From: an uncultured Spirochaetota bacterium
Lineage (GTDB): Bacteria > Spirochaetota > Spirochaetia > SZUA-6 > Fen-1364
Direction of reading: 5' to 3'
NCBI GenBank assembly: GCA_963845535.1
Contig: CAWJSK010000012.1
Span: 672,001 to 736,000 of the forward strand
DNA: 64,000 nucleotides
In this document: positions 49,337-58,604 of the stretch, piece after piece
Numbering within the stretch: position 1 is the stretch's first letter
How the letters are laid out: each line of letters opens with the position of its first letter
The notes under the pieces: generated by a model
What the model was told of the DNA's origin: nothing
The model's input: the letters and a program-made list of their open reading frames with translations, nothing else
Database searches by the model: none
Position numbers and translations under genes: made by a program

Positions 49337-50380
49337 TCAGTCCCCGGCCGGAATAGCCATGCCTTTTGTGGCGTCGAGGTCAGGAGGGATGGAGAGGAAG
49401 TTCATGGGATCAACGTAGTTGCCGCCAAGATGCACTTCGTAATGGAGGTGAGGACCGGTGGACATCCCGGTTGTTCCGACGTAGCCAATGACGTCACCGC
49501 GGTCCACGTGGGCACCCTTGTGTGTGACGACGCGCATCATGTGGAGGTACCGTGTCATGAATCCGTACTTGTGCTGAATGGCAACAAAGTTGCCCAGGTC
49601 GTCGTTGTAGCCGGTCTGGATGACGGTCCCGTTTGCCGCGGCCTGCACGGGCGTGCCCATGCCCCAGGCAATGTCCACGCCGAGGTGGAGATACCCCATA
49701 TGAGTGAACGGATGGATGGTCCAGCCGAACCGGGTGGTAATGATGCCATGCACTCCCTTGAGCGGCCAGAGAGTGGGCGTGTCGGCAAGAAGCTCTTTGT
49801 AGGTCTTCAGAACTTTGCCGATTTCGTCAAGCGTTTCGGTGGACGTGTCCATCAGGCTGGCCGTGTTCTTGAGGTCCGCCAGCTCTTTGATGTTGCCCTG
49901 GCCGGGCATCTCCTGCGACGGAAAAAGCGAAGCTACCGCGTTCGCTCCGGAAGGAGTGAAGGGTTCCTGGTTGGCCATGGACCTGCGCACGCTCTGCACG
50001 CTTACCTGGAAAGTCTTTTCGGCCTTACGAAGCGCTGACACCTGGTCCCGAAGGTCCTGGATGGCCATTTCGCTCCCGCGGAGGTCCTGGGAAGCCTGCT
50101 GAAGCCGTTCGTTCATGGGGCGGAAATGGGTGACCAGAAGCGCGAATCCGGCGAGGATGATGCCAATAAGGCAGGTGAAAAAGATGAGTGAGAAAAAGGA
50201 GATCTGAAAATTGAATATCCGGTTCTCGGTGTGAGGAATGATCATCACCGTGAACCGCTGCTTGCCTTTCCGCATTCCCGTCAGGAAGGCGTCGAAGAGC
50301 TTGACCCATGTCCTGCGCAGCCAAAGACCAACGCTTTGCGCGAACTGGTTTTCGAGCTTCTTGTACTGGGCAACGGTCAA
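49337..50380 (-). CDS. M23 family metallopeptidase (TM + coiled coil + M23)
   Basis: FTVMIIPH, HLGVD (HxxxD), YLHM, GMSTGPHLHYEV. Confidence 0.92.
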   Translation of the reverse strand: MTVAQYKKLENQFAQSVGLWLRRTWVKLFDAFLTGMRKGKQRFTVMIIPHTENRIFNFQISFFSLIFFTCLIGIILAGFALLVTHFRPMNERLQQASQDLRGSEMAIQDLRDQVSALRKAEKTFQVSVQSVRRSMANQEPFTPSGANAVASLFPSQEMPGQGNIKELADLKNTASLMDTSTETLDEIGKVLKTYKELLADTPTLWPLKGVHGIITTRFGWTIHPFTHMGYLHLGVDIAWGMGTPVQAAANGTVIQTGYNDDLGNFVAIQHKYGFMTRYLHMMRVVTHKGAHVDRGDVIGYVGTTGMSTGPHLHYEVHLGGNYVDPMNFLSIPPDLDATKGMAIPAGD

Positions 50381-50554
50381 GGACGGCTTCCGCCTTTCAT
50401 TCTTACGTTCCTCTATCTTGTATCGTTATTATCGGCGCGATATTCGCCATGAATGGGCCATGAATATCTCATAATTTTCTGTTATACGCGACATTGCGTG
50501 CAGAGCCGTTGCGAGTCAAGCCCTGTACTCGGACCTCTTGAGCTCCGGGGCACG

Positions 50555-50600
50555 TGTGAAAAGCCTTCGCAGAAAAGCGGCGGCGTGAAAATATTGCACA
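50555..50600. promoter_or_regulatory. Two candidate enhancer (UAS) sites for a sigma54 activator
   Basis: TGTGAA-N5-TTCGCA (50555) and CGTGAA-N5-TGCACA (50584), roughly 80-125 bp upstream of the -24 box. Confidence 0.6.
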
Positions 50601-50680
50601 GCGGAAAACCCGCACGTACGCGTTTTTGCCGAGAACTGCCCTGAATTTGGTCTCGAAGTGGTCGATTTCTATCCCAACCC

Positions 50681-50696
50681 TGGCACGGTCCTTGCA
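50681..50696 (+). promoter_or_regulatory. sigma54 -24/-12 promoter
   Basis: TGGCAC-GGTCC-TTGCA is an exact consensus match. Confidence 0.88.
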
Positions 50697-50729
50697 TTAC
50701 TTGCTAGCAACAAATGCAAGGAGGCCACT

Positions 50730-51282
50730 ATGGCTAAGAAACTTATCATGGTCCTTATGGCGCTCTCACTGGCAACCGCGGCTTTTGCCAACGGCCAGAA
50801 CGAGCAGGGCCCGGGCGGGGCATTCCATGGCGACAAGGTCACCCTCAAGGGCACCGTGTCCCTTCAGAGCTTCCCGCAGACAATCCTCAAGGTGGGAGAC
50901 AAGGAATACCTGTTGATGGTTCCACCCTATCTGGTCGAACAGTCCGGAGTGAAGGAAGGGGCACAGGTAACAGTGCAGGGCTACCAGATGAACTACCTCC
51001 CGCGGTACGGATCGTCGGCGAACGACAAGAACCTGACCGGCCTTTTCGTCACCCATGGCCACGGTTGGGGGAAAAGACTATGACTTGTCCAACTACGGCC
51101 CAGGGTACGGCCCCCGCGGGTATGGCCCGGGTTACGGGATGATGGGCGGCTACGGACAGGGCTATGGCCCTGGCTACGGAATGATGGGCGGCTACGGACC
51201 CGGCGGTGGTTATGGCCGAGGCTACGGGATGATGGGCGGTTATGGGGCGGGCTATGGCCCCGGCGCATGGTGCTGGGATTGA
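50730..51282 (+). CDS. Exported OB-fold-like protein with a Gly/Tyr/Met low-complexity tail (one +1 frameshift near 51053)
   Basis: AAGGAGG RBS; signal peptide; DKVTLKGTV..KEGAQVTVQG. Removing one C from ACCCATG joins it to the GYGPGYGMMGG repeats. Confidence 0.8.
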
Positions 51283-51314
51283 TTCCCCGCTCCTCGCCCA
51301 AAGCGATTCTCTTC

Positions 51315-51341
51315 AGGGCCAGCGCGTGCTGGCCCTTTTTT
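51315..51341 (+). terminator. Intrinsic terminator
   Basis: AGGGCCAGC-GCGT-GCTGGCCCT-TTTTT. Confidence 0.85.
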
Positions 51342-51366
51342 GTTCAGGGAGATATCCTTGTCGCGA

Positions 51367-52704
51367 ATGAATGCATCCTCTCGTGAAACGAGATTCCTCG
51401 TTGCAGCATTCCTGGCGCTCTTCGTGGGCCTGGGCATTCTCTCCGTCTTTTTATTGACCGGGGAATCCGGCAAGGCCCAGATACTCGTGGAATACGAGGC
51501 TGACCGAATTGCGTCGACTTTGGCGGACTCCTATCGCGCGGATGGCTCGCTTGACCAGGACAAACTCGATCCGAGGATCAGGGGGTTCGGATTATATGAT
51601 CCCAACGGCGACTCCCTGGCTCGCGTCGGAGACGCCCCCGCTTCGTTCGACCTGGGAGACCCGCGTCCTGGGTTCAGCTACAACTCTGCACAGGAGCTTC
51701 TCACGCTCCAGCGAATCTTCGGCATGGGCCCCGGGATGATGGGGCCGGATCCAGAGCAAGGCCCGGAGGCCCCCATGATGGGCAGCGGCATGATGGGCCG
51801 CATGATGGGCGGCTCTCACGGGCCGTGGTCGTCAGGGCAATCGCGGCTGTTCGGGCAACCGCCCCACGGAATGCTTCACGGGCCGGCCGGGGCGCTTTTC
51901 CTCACCATGGACATCTCCGCGTACTATCGTTCCCAGCTCCTTTACAAAACCGCGGCCGTGGCGGCGCCGCTTTTGGTTGCCGGAATTGCCTCGCTGTTCT
52001 TCTTCCTCTTGTTCAGCAATCTCCGTCAAAGACGCCGAACACAGGAACAGGAGACCCTGGCCAGGCTGGGGGAGAGCGCGCGGACCCTCGCCCATGAGAT
52101 CAGAAACCCCCTCAGTGCCATTCGGATCCAGTCCGGACTCCTGCGCAGGAAGATGCCCGGCGAAGCTTCCGCCCAGCTTGACGCAATCGATGAGGAAGTG
52201 GAAAGGCTTTCGCTTCTGTCTCGCCGGGTGGGTGACTTCCTGAAGAACCCTCGAGGCGACCCTCAGAGGATCTTCCTGCATGAGTTCCTGGCGGAGTTGG
52301 CGGAGAAGTTGCCCATGCCCGTGGCATATTCCGCGGGAGCCGGGGTCCAGGAGTTGACGGTGAGCTTTGACCGCGACCTTCTGCGCTCCGCCGTGGAAAA
52401 TCTGGTTCGTAACGCGCAGGAGAGCTACCCGGATGAGGACGGCGGCCGCGACGTGGAGCTTGCGCTCCTGCGGGAAAAGGCATCGACCGTCATTGCGATA
52501 CGGGACCGCGGGAAAGGAATCCCTCCTGAGCTGCGGGAGAAAGTGTTCGACCCGTTTTTCACCGACAAGGTGCATGGCTCGGGCGTCGGGCTGTCCCTTT
52601 CACGCAGGCTTATCGAAGCTGCCGGCGGCACCCTCACTCTCGTTGCCCGAAACGGGGGCGGCACCGAAGCCCGCATAACCTTCCCGGCGCGGATTGCAGC
52701 ATGA
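51367..52704 (+). CDS. Membrane sensor histidine kinase (ZraS/NtrB-like) with a Met/Gly/His-rich periplasmic insert
   Basis: Two TM segments; LAHEIRNPL, NLVRNA, DRGKG, GSGVGL. Confidence 0.92.
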   Translation: MNASSRETRFLVAAFLALFVGLGILSVFLLTGESGKAQILVEYEADRIASTLADSYRADGSLDQDKLDPRIRGFGLYDPNGDSLARVGDAPASFDLGDPRPGFSYNSAQELLTLQRIFGMGPGMMGPDPEQGPEAPMMGSGMMGRMMGGSHGPWSSGQSRLFGQPPHGMLHGPAGALFLTMDISAYYRSQLLYKTAAVAAPLLVAGIASLFFFLLFSNLRQRRRTQEQETLARLGESARTLAHEIRNPLSAIRIQSGLLRRKMPGEASAQLDAIDEEVERLSLLSRRVGDFLKNPRGDPQRIFLHEFLAELAEKLPMPVAYSAGAGVQELTVSFDRDLLRSAVENLVRNAQESYPDEDGGRDVELALLREKASTVIAIRDRGKGIPPELREKVFDPFFTDKVHGSGVGLSLSRRLIEAAGGTLTLVARNGGGTEARITFPARIAA

Positions 52705-54017
52705 GAGTCCTCATCGCGGATGATGAAAAGAACATCCGGGATTCGATTGCGGCCTTCATCGCCTCAGAAGGCTTGGAGACAGCCGTTGCCGCTGACGGCG
52801 CGGAAGCCAGGGCGCTGCTTGAAAATGAGGCATTCGATTGTCTGATCCTCGACCTGCGAATGCCGAAAATGGACGGCCTCGCGGTCCTGGCGTGGCTGCA
52901 GGAAGCCGGGCCGCGGATGCCGGTGATCGTCATTTCCGCCTACGGGGACGTGCGGGACGCAGTCCAAGCCATGAAGCTCGGCGCAAAAGACTACCTGGTC
53001 AAGCCGTTCGACCCTGAGGAGCTGGTCCTGCGGGTGCGTCGCGCGCTGTCGGAGAACGCCCTCGCCGGGCAGGCTGAGGCAGGGCGGCGCGCAATGGCCG
53101 CGGGAAGCTGGATCGGCGAGGACGAAAAGATGAAAGCCGTCCGCTCCCTCGCGGAGAAGGTGGCGCCCACCTCCTCCACCGTGCTGATCACGGGAGAAAG
53201 CGGCACCGGAAAGGAAGTGGTGGCCCGCCTGCTGCACGCGCTCTCCGCCAACCCTGACGGACCGTTTGTCGCCATCAACGTCGGCGGCGTGCCGGAGGCC
53301 CTGCTGGAATCGGAGCTGTTCGGCCACGAAAAAGGGGCGTTCACCGGGGCCACTGAGCGCAAACGCGGCATGTTCGAGCTTGCCTCATCAGGGACGCTTT
53401 TTCTCGATGAGATCGGCGACATGCCCATGCACCTGCAGGTCAAGCTTCTGCGCGTGCTGCAGGAGAGGAAAGTCCAGCACCTGGGCAGCACGCAGGCAAT
53501 CCCCATCAACGCGCGGATCATCGCCGCGACGAACAGGGAGCTGGAGAAGCAGCTCTCCGAGGGCACCTTCCGCGAGGACCTGTACTACCGCCTCAACGTG
53601 ATCCGCATCGACGTACCGCCCCTGCGGGAAAGGCGCGGTGACATCCCGGCCCTTGCGGGTTTCTTTGTGGAGAAGCTCAACCGCCAGGTGGGGCGCAAAA
53701 TGCGCGGGTTCGAGCCGGAAGCGCTGGCCCGCCTCTCAGCGTACAGTTTCCCGGGGAATGTGCGCGAGCTGGAGAACGCAGTCGAACGGGCGTACATCCT
53801 GAGCTCGGGAGAGCTCATCAGCGCGCGGGACCTGGGCGCGCCGTTCTCCCGCGCCGAGCGCGTTCCAAAAACCGGCAAGCTGCGGGACCAGGAGAGGGAG
53901 CTCATCGAAAAGACCCTTGCCCGCCACGGCGGGAACCGCACTCACGCCGCGCAGGAGCTGGGAATCAGCCGCAGGACCCTCATCAACAAGATCAAGGAAG
54001 CCGGCCTGGAGGGCTGA
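52701..54017 (+). CDS. sigma54-dependent response regulator (NtrC/ZraR family)
   Basis: Receiver; GESGTGKE, GAFTGA, FLDEIG, FREDLYYRLNV; Fis HTH. Confidence 0.95.
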   Translation: MRVLIADDEKNIRDSIAAFIASEGLETAVAADGAEARALLENEAFDCLILDLRMPKMDGLAVLAWLQEAGPRMPVIVISAYGDVRDAVQAMKLGAKDYLVKPFDPEELVLRVRRALSENALAGQAEAGRRAMAAGSWIGEDEKMKAVRSLAEKVAPTSSTVLITGESGTGKEVVARLLHALSANPDGPFVAINVGGVPEALLESELFGHEKGAFTGATERKRGMFELASSGTLFLDEIGDMPMHLQVKLLRVLQERKVQHLGSTQAIPINARIIAATNRELEKQLSEGTFREDLYYRLNVIRIDVPPLRERRGDIPALAGFFVEKLNRQVGRKMRGFEPEALARLSAYSFPGNVRELENAVERAYILSSGELISARDLGAPFSRAERVPKTGKLRDQERELIEKTLARHGGNRTHAAQELGISRRTLINKIKEAGLEG

Positions 54018-54082
54018 GGCTCGCACGCCGCATTGGAGTGGAAGGCCGCGTCGCCCACGGCGCAGGTTCCTCCTCCGTGGCG

Positions 54083-54502
54083 TCAGCCCTCGCGGATGGT
54101 GATCTTCGTCTCTATAGGTCCCGCGTTCCGCACGGTGGCCGCAACAGAGCAATACTTGGTCTGGCTCAGCTCCACCGCCCGCTCCACGGCTTCACGGTCA
54201 ATCCCCTTGCCCGTCACGATGTACTCGATTTCAAACCGTGTAAGGGATCGGGGGTGCTCCTCCGCCTGGTCGCCATGGGTCTTCACCTCGAATGCGGTGA
54301 CCTGTTGGCGTTTCTTTTCCAGGATGGAGATCACGTCCATTGCCGTGCAGCCCGCCAGTCCCACCAGGACCAGCTCCAGGGGCCGAAACCCGTCGTTATC
54401 ACCGCCCACCTTGGGGCTGGCGCCCAAGGGAAGGGAGAAATTGCTCGTGAGCCCTGTGCCGGTAAAGCTCATCCCTTTCTTCCACACCACAGACGCATCC
54501 AT
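54083..54502 (-). CDS. OsmC/YhfA family protein
   Basis: GFRPLEL..LAGCTAMDV, KYCSV. Confidence 0.9.
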   Translation of the reverse strand: MDASVVWKKGMSFTGTGLTSNFSLPLGASPKVGGDNDGFRPLELVLVGLAGCTAMDVISILEKKRQQVTAFEVKTHGDQAEEHPRSLTRFEIEYIVTGKGIDREAVERAVELSQTKYCSVAATVRNAGPIETKITIREG

Positions 54503-54978
54503 CACGGAGCCTCCGTTTCCTCGTTGAGGTAATCCCCCACTGTCCCCCCGGTGATCGAGACGAGCTGGTCGAAGGTCATCGGGACTCCCGAACAATCCGT
54601 TCCCGCGGCGGGGTAGATCATCTTGTACTGCGACAGACCTGAGTCGATGAAAATGCGGATTGCGCCGTCAATCCCGAATGGGCAGACGCCGCCGGGCCCG
54701 AAGCCGGTTGCGGCAAGGGCTTCGTCCGCGCTCGCCATCCGGGACTTGACCCCCGTGACTGCCTTGAGCTTTGCGGAGGAAAGACGGCGGTCTCCGGGAG
54801 CTATGACCATGAAGACCTTGCCGTTCTTGCCCATGAACAGGAGGGATTTTGCGATCTGCCCCACCGACACGCCGAGCTGCTGCGCCGCAAGAACTGAGGT
54901 GGCGGTGCTGCCTGCCTCGAACTCAGTCGCTCGCAACCCGTGCGCGTCGAGCACGGCGCGAACCTTGTCTGGAATCAT
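54502..54978 (-). CDS. YbaK/EbsC family aminoacyl-tRNA deacylase
   Basis: QIAKSLL, TGFGPGGVCPFG, YPAAG. Confidence 0.9.
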   Translation of the reverse strand: MIPDKVRAVLDAHGLRATEFEAGSTATSVLAAQQLGVSVGQIAKSLLFMGKNGKVFMVIAPGDRRLSSAKLKAVTGVKSRMASADEALAATGFGPGGVCPFGIDGAIRIFIDSGLSQYKMIYPAAGTDCSGVPMTFDQLVSITGGTVGDYLNEETEAP

Positions 54979-55113
54979 GATTGAGTCTACGAGAGACACC
55001 CCCGGATCGTCAACATCCGGCATCTCACCAAAGTCCGGCATCTGATTTGACTGAATGCCGGTGAACACATACCTTTGTCAGTCGAGGGCAGCAACAACAA
55101 GAAAGGACCCAGC

Positions 55114-55836
55114 ATGGCAAGCCTGATCGAGCCCACGTGCGACAAGAAAGTGACGAAGGAAGAACTCTTGAAGAAGATGAAAGGCAAGCCTGACTTCATC
55201 CTTGAGGATCACTACTGCAAAGGAGTGGGCGCCTACTGCCTGGACGATGACCTGTGCGTGCAGATGGTGGCAAGCGCCAAGCTTCCGACGCGCTTCGGCA
55301 CCTTCACGCTGTACGGGTTCTTCGACAGTCGGGATGAGAAGGAGCACACGGCTATCGTGCAAGGCGACGTATCCGGAAAAGAGCGGGTGCCGCTTCGCGT
55401 GCATTCCGAGTGCCATACCGGCGACGTGTGGGGATCCCTGCGCTGCGACTGCCGCGACCAGCTTGAAGCCGCAACGAAGTTCATCTCACGCCAGCCCTTC
55501 GGCGCGGTGATCTACCTCAAGCAGGAAGGCCGCGGCATCGGCCTTCTGAACAAGATCAAGGCCTATCAGCTCCAGGACCTCGGGCTGGACACCGTGGAGG
55601 CCAACCAGTTCCTGAACATGCCCGTGGATGCGCGCGACTACAAAGTTGCCGCCAGGATCATCCAGCTCCTGAAGATCCGATCCGTCTCGCTTCTCACGAA
55701 CAACCCTGACAAGATCGAGCAGCTCAAGGCGGAGGGGATAGACGTGGCGGACAGGATCCCCATCGTGATCCCTTCCAACAGCTATGATGAGGACTACCTG
55801 GACGTGAAGAAACGCAAGATGGGACACCTAATCTGA
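55114..55836 (+). CDS. ribA: GTP cyclohydrolase II with a Cys-rich N-terminal extension
   Basis: LPTRFG, RVHSECHTGD..RCDC, QEGRGIGL, LLTNNP. Confidence 0.95.
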   Translation: MASLIEPTCDKKVTKEELLKKMKGKPDFILEDHYCKGVGAYCLDDDLCVQMVASAKLPTRFGTFTLYGFFDSRDEKEHTAIVQGDVSGKERVPLRVHSECHTGDVWGSLRCDCRDQLEAATKFISRQPFGAVIYLKQEGRGIGLLNKIKAYQLQDLGLDTVEANQFLNMPVDARDYKVAARIIQLLKIRSVSLLTNNPDKIEQLKAEGIDVADRIPIVIPSNSYDEDYLDVKKRKMGHLI

Positions 55837-57069
55837 AGGCTGAAGCTCCCCTGCCGCCTTTGCAATCCTCTCCATGGCTTCTTCGGTGAGCTCCCGCGTG
55901 TTGAAGGCGCTCATGCGGACGTAGCCTTCTCCGCACCTCCCGAAGCCGCTTCCCGGCGTGATCACCACCGCGGCTTTTGCGAGCAGCCTGTCGAAGAAGC
56001 TCCACGAATCTCCGCCTACCATTGCCCAGACGTACGGGGAGTTTTCCCCTCCAATGCAGGGAAACCCGAGCGCGTCCATCTTCTGGCGGATGAGACGGGC
56101 GTTGCCGAGGTAATAGTCCGAGAGGCCGCGCGTCTCCTTCTTGCCCTCCGGGGTGAAGACAGCCGCGGCGGCGCGCTGCACGGGATAGGAGACCCCGTTG
56201 AGCTTGGTGGACTGGCGGCGTGACCACATGGCGTGGAGGGAGTGCTCCTTCCCGTCCGAATCCCAGGCCATGCACGTTTTGGGCACCACCGTGTAGGCGC
56301 AACGCGTCCCGGTAAAGCCGGCGGTCTTGGAGAAGCTTCGAAACTCGATTGCGCACTCCCGAGCGCCAGGGATTTCATAGATGGAATGCGGGATGGATTC
56401 GTCCCGAATGAAGGAGACATACGCTGCGTCGTACAGGATGAGAGCCTTCGCCGCCCGGGCGTAGTCCACCCACGCGGCAAGCCGCGCGCGGTCAATGGTC
56501 GCCCCGGTGGGGTTATTGGGGAAGCACAGGTAGATCAAGTCCACGCGGGACTTGGGCGGATCAGGGATGAACCCGTTGTCTTCCGTGCAGTCGAGGTAGA
56601 TCAGCCCGGAATACCTGCCGTCCCGGTAGGCTCCCGTGCGGCCTGCCATGACGTTGGTGTCCACGTAAACCGGGTATACCGGGTCAGGGATGGCAATCCT
56701 GATGTCGCCGGCAAAAAGCTCCTGGATATTGGCCGTGTCGGACTTGGCCCCGTCACTGATCGCTATCTCATCAGCGCTGATGTCCGCGCCGCGCGCCTTG
56801 AAGTCGTTCTCCGCGATTGCCGCACGCAGAAAATCGAACCCGAGGTCGGGCGGATAACCGCGAAAAGTCTGTGCGCTTCCCAGCTCCTCCACCGCCTGGC
56901 GGAATGCCTTCACGATGGCGGGCGTCAGAGGAAGCGTCACGTCGCCGACCCCCAGGCTTATCACCTTCGCGTCCGCCCGCTGCTCCTTGAACGCCGCGAC
57001 CCGCCGGGAGATCTCGCTGAAAAGATACGATGAGGACAGCTTCGGGTAGTTGGGGTTGATCCGGATCAT
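55828..57069 (-). CDS. dapL: LL-diaminopimelate aminotransferase
   Basis: YLFSEI, GVGDVT, SDGAK, DPVYPVYVDTN, FPNNPTG, SFSKTAGFTGTRC. Confidence 0.95.
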   Translation of the reverse strand: MIRINPNYPKLSSSYLFSEISRRVAAFKEQRADAKVISLGVGDVTLPLTPAIVKAFRQAVEELGSAQTFRGYPPDLGFDFLRAAIAENDFKARGADISADEIAISDGAKSDTANIQELFAGDIRIAIPDPVYPVYVDTNVMAGRTGAYRDGRYSGLIYLDCTEDNGFIPDPPKSRVDLIYLCFPNNPTGATIDRARLAAWVDYARAAKALILYDAAYVSFIRDESIPHSIYEIPGARECAIEFRSFSKTAGFTGTRCAYTVVPKTCMAWDSDGKEHSLHAMWSRRQSTKLNGVSYPVQRAAAAVFTPEGKKETRGLSDYYLGNARLIRQKMDALGFPCIGGENSPYVWAMVGGDSWSFFDRLLAKAAVVITPGSGFGRCGEGYVRMSAFNTRELTEEAMERIAKAAGELQPSD

Positions 57070-57155
57070 GCAACCTTATACCCGCCGCGTTCCCGCGGTG
57101 TCAAGGAAAGGATGGCGGGTTGAGGGCAGGGCGAGTTTTGTGTACCTTATATACC

Positions 57156-57680
57156 ATGGAAAAACTCCGCTACCCAATAGGGAAGTTCAGCTTCGATGCC
57201 GACATCACCCCTGAAAAAAGATCAGCGTGGATACGGGATATCGAGAACCTTCCCCGGGAGCTGCGCCGCGCTTTGTCCGGCCTGTCCCCTTCCCAGCTCG
57301 ACACCCCCTACCGCGACGGCGGGTGGACCGTTCGGCAGCTTGCGCACCACATTGCCGACAGCCATATGAACGCCTTCATCCGCTGGAAGCTCGCTTTGAC
57401 GGAGTCCAGCCCCACCATCAAGCCATACGACCAGGATGAGTGGGTGACCACCGCGGACGTGACAAGCGCGGACGTCGAGCCGTCCCTTGCCCTCCTGGAA
57501 GGGCTTCATGCCCGGTGGGTCCGCCTCGTTGCCTCCCTTTCGCCTTCGGACTTCGCGCGGGCCTTCAACCACCCCGAAAGCGGGATGCAGACGCTGGACC
57601 GCCAGCTTCAGCTCTACGCCTGGCACTGCCGTCATCACGTTGCGCACATCGTTTCCCTGAGAGAAAGAAAGGACTGGTAA
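57156..57680 (+). CDS. bstA: DinB/YfiT family putative bacillithiol transferase
   Basis: LRYPIG, TPYRDGGWTVRQ..HHIADSH, IKPYD, YAWHCRHH. Confidence 0.85.
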   Translation: MEKLRYPIGKFSFDADITPEKRSAWIRDIENLPRELRRALSGLSPSQLDTPYRDGGWTVRQLAHHIADSHMNAFIRWKLALTESSPTIKPYDQDEWVTTADVTSADVEPSLALLEGLHARWVRLVASLSPSDFARAFNHPESGMQTLDRQLQLYAWHCRHHVAHIVSLRERKDW

Positions 57681-57692
57681 CTTCACATCCAT

Positions 57693-58604
57693 ATGAAATC
57701 ACCCAAACAAGTCGGACTTGAAAACGAGATCCGCTCCCGCCTGAGCGGCGTCCCAAGAGCGGCCGCGGACATCCTCCTGGATGACCAGGAGGTCCAGCAT
57801 CTTCAGGAATATGCGAACGTCGTCTCCATAAAAAGGCTGGGATACAACGACCACGGACCGGTGCACATGCGCACCGTCGTGCTCAACGCCCTCGTCATGG
57901 CGGAGCTGATGCACGGCGCGGGCATCCCTCTCAGCCTGGAGTCGGATGACGCGGGCACCTACGAGGACAGCCTTGTGGCCCTCCTCCTGGCGGGCATGCT
58001 GCATGACGTCGGCATGTCCATTGGCCGCGCCGATCATGAGCACGACGGAGTGTGGATTTCCCTCCCCATCATGGACAGGGTCCTTGCCCGGCTCTATGGG
58101 GATGACGTGGGGCGCCGCGTCGTGGTGCGCTCCCTGGCGGTGGAGTGCATTGTGGGCCATATGGCCACCCAGCGGGTCCACTCCCTGGAGGCGGGCCTGA
58201 TCCTCATTGCTGACGGATGTGACATGGAGAAAGGCCGCGCCCGAATTCCCATGATGATCGCAACCGAATCTCGAGTGGGTGACATCCACAAGTACTCGGC
58301 TTCCGCCATCGAGAACGTCAGCATTGAGCGGGGGGCCGAGCGGCCCATCCGCATCACCGTGGAAATGAAAGCCACCGTGGGCTTCTTCCAGGTGGAGGAA
58401 GTGCTCCTGCACAAGATCGACTGGAGCCCGGCAAAACCGTTCATCGAGCTGTACGCGGGAATCATCGGAAAGAAGCTCAAGTGCTACCTGGGGTGCGCTG
58501 GGGCGGGCGCCGGAGGCCATGCGGGTGCAGGCGCCGGGGCCCATGCCGCAAAAGCTGGGAACGGCGCGCCTCAAAACGCTAGGCGCGCGGCAGGGAGATC
58601 GTGA
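57693..58604 (+). CDS. HD-domain phosphohydrolase
   Basis: YNDHGPVH, LHDVG, ADGCDM; Gly/Ala/His tail. Confidence 0.88.
   Translation: MKSPKQVGLENEIRSRLSGVPRAAADILLDDQEVQHLQEYANVVSIKRLGYNDHGPVHMRTVVLNALVMAELMHGAGIPLSLESDDAGTYEDSLVALLLAGMLHDVGMSIGRADHEHDGVWISLPIMDRVLARLYGDDVGRRVVVRSLAVECIVGHMATQRVHSLEAGLILIADGCDMEKGRARIPMMIATESRVGDIHKYSASAIENVSIERGAERPIRITVEMKATVGFFQVEEVLLHKIDWSPAKPFIELYAGIIGKKLKCYLGCAGAGAGGHAGAGAGAHAAKAGNGAPQNARRAAGRS

Noticed and set aside
54979..57155. FMN riboswitch before ribA or lysine riboswitch before dapL
   Set aside because: The leaders are too short and lack the conserved aptamer motifs.
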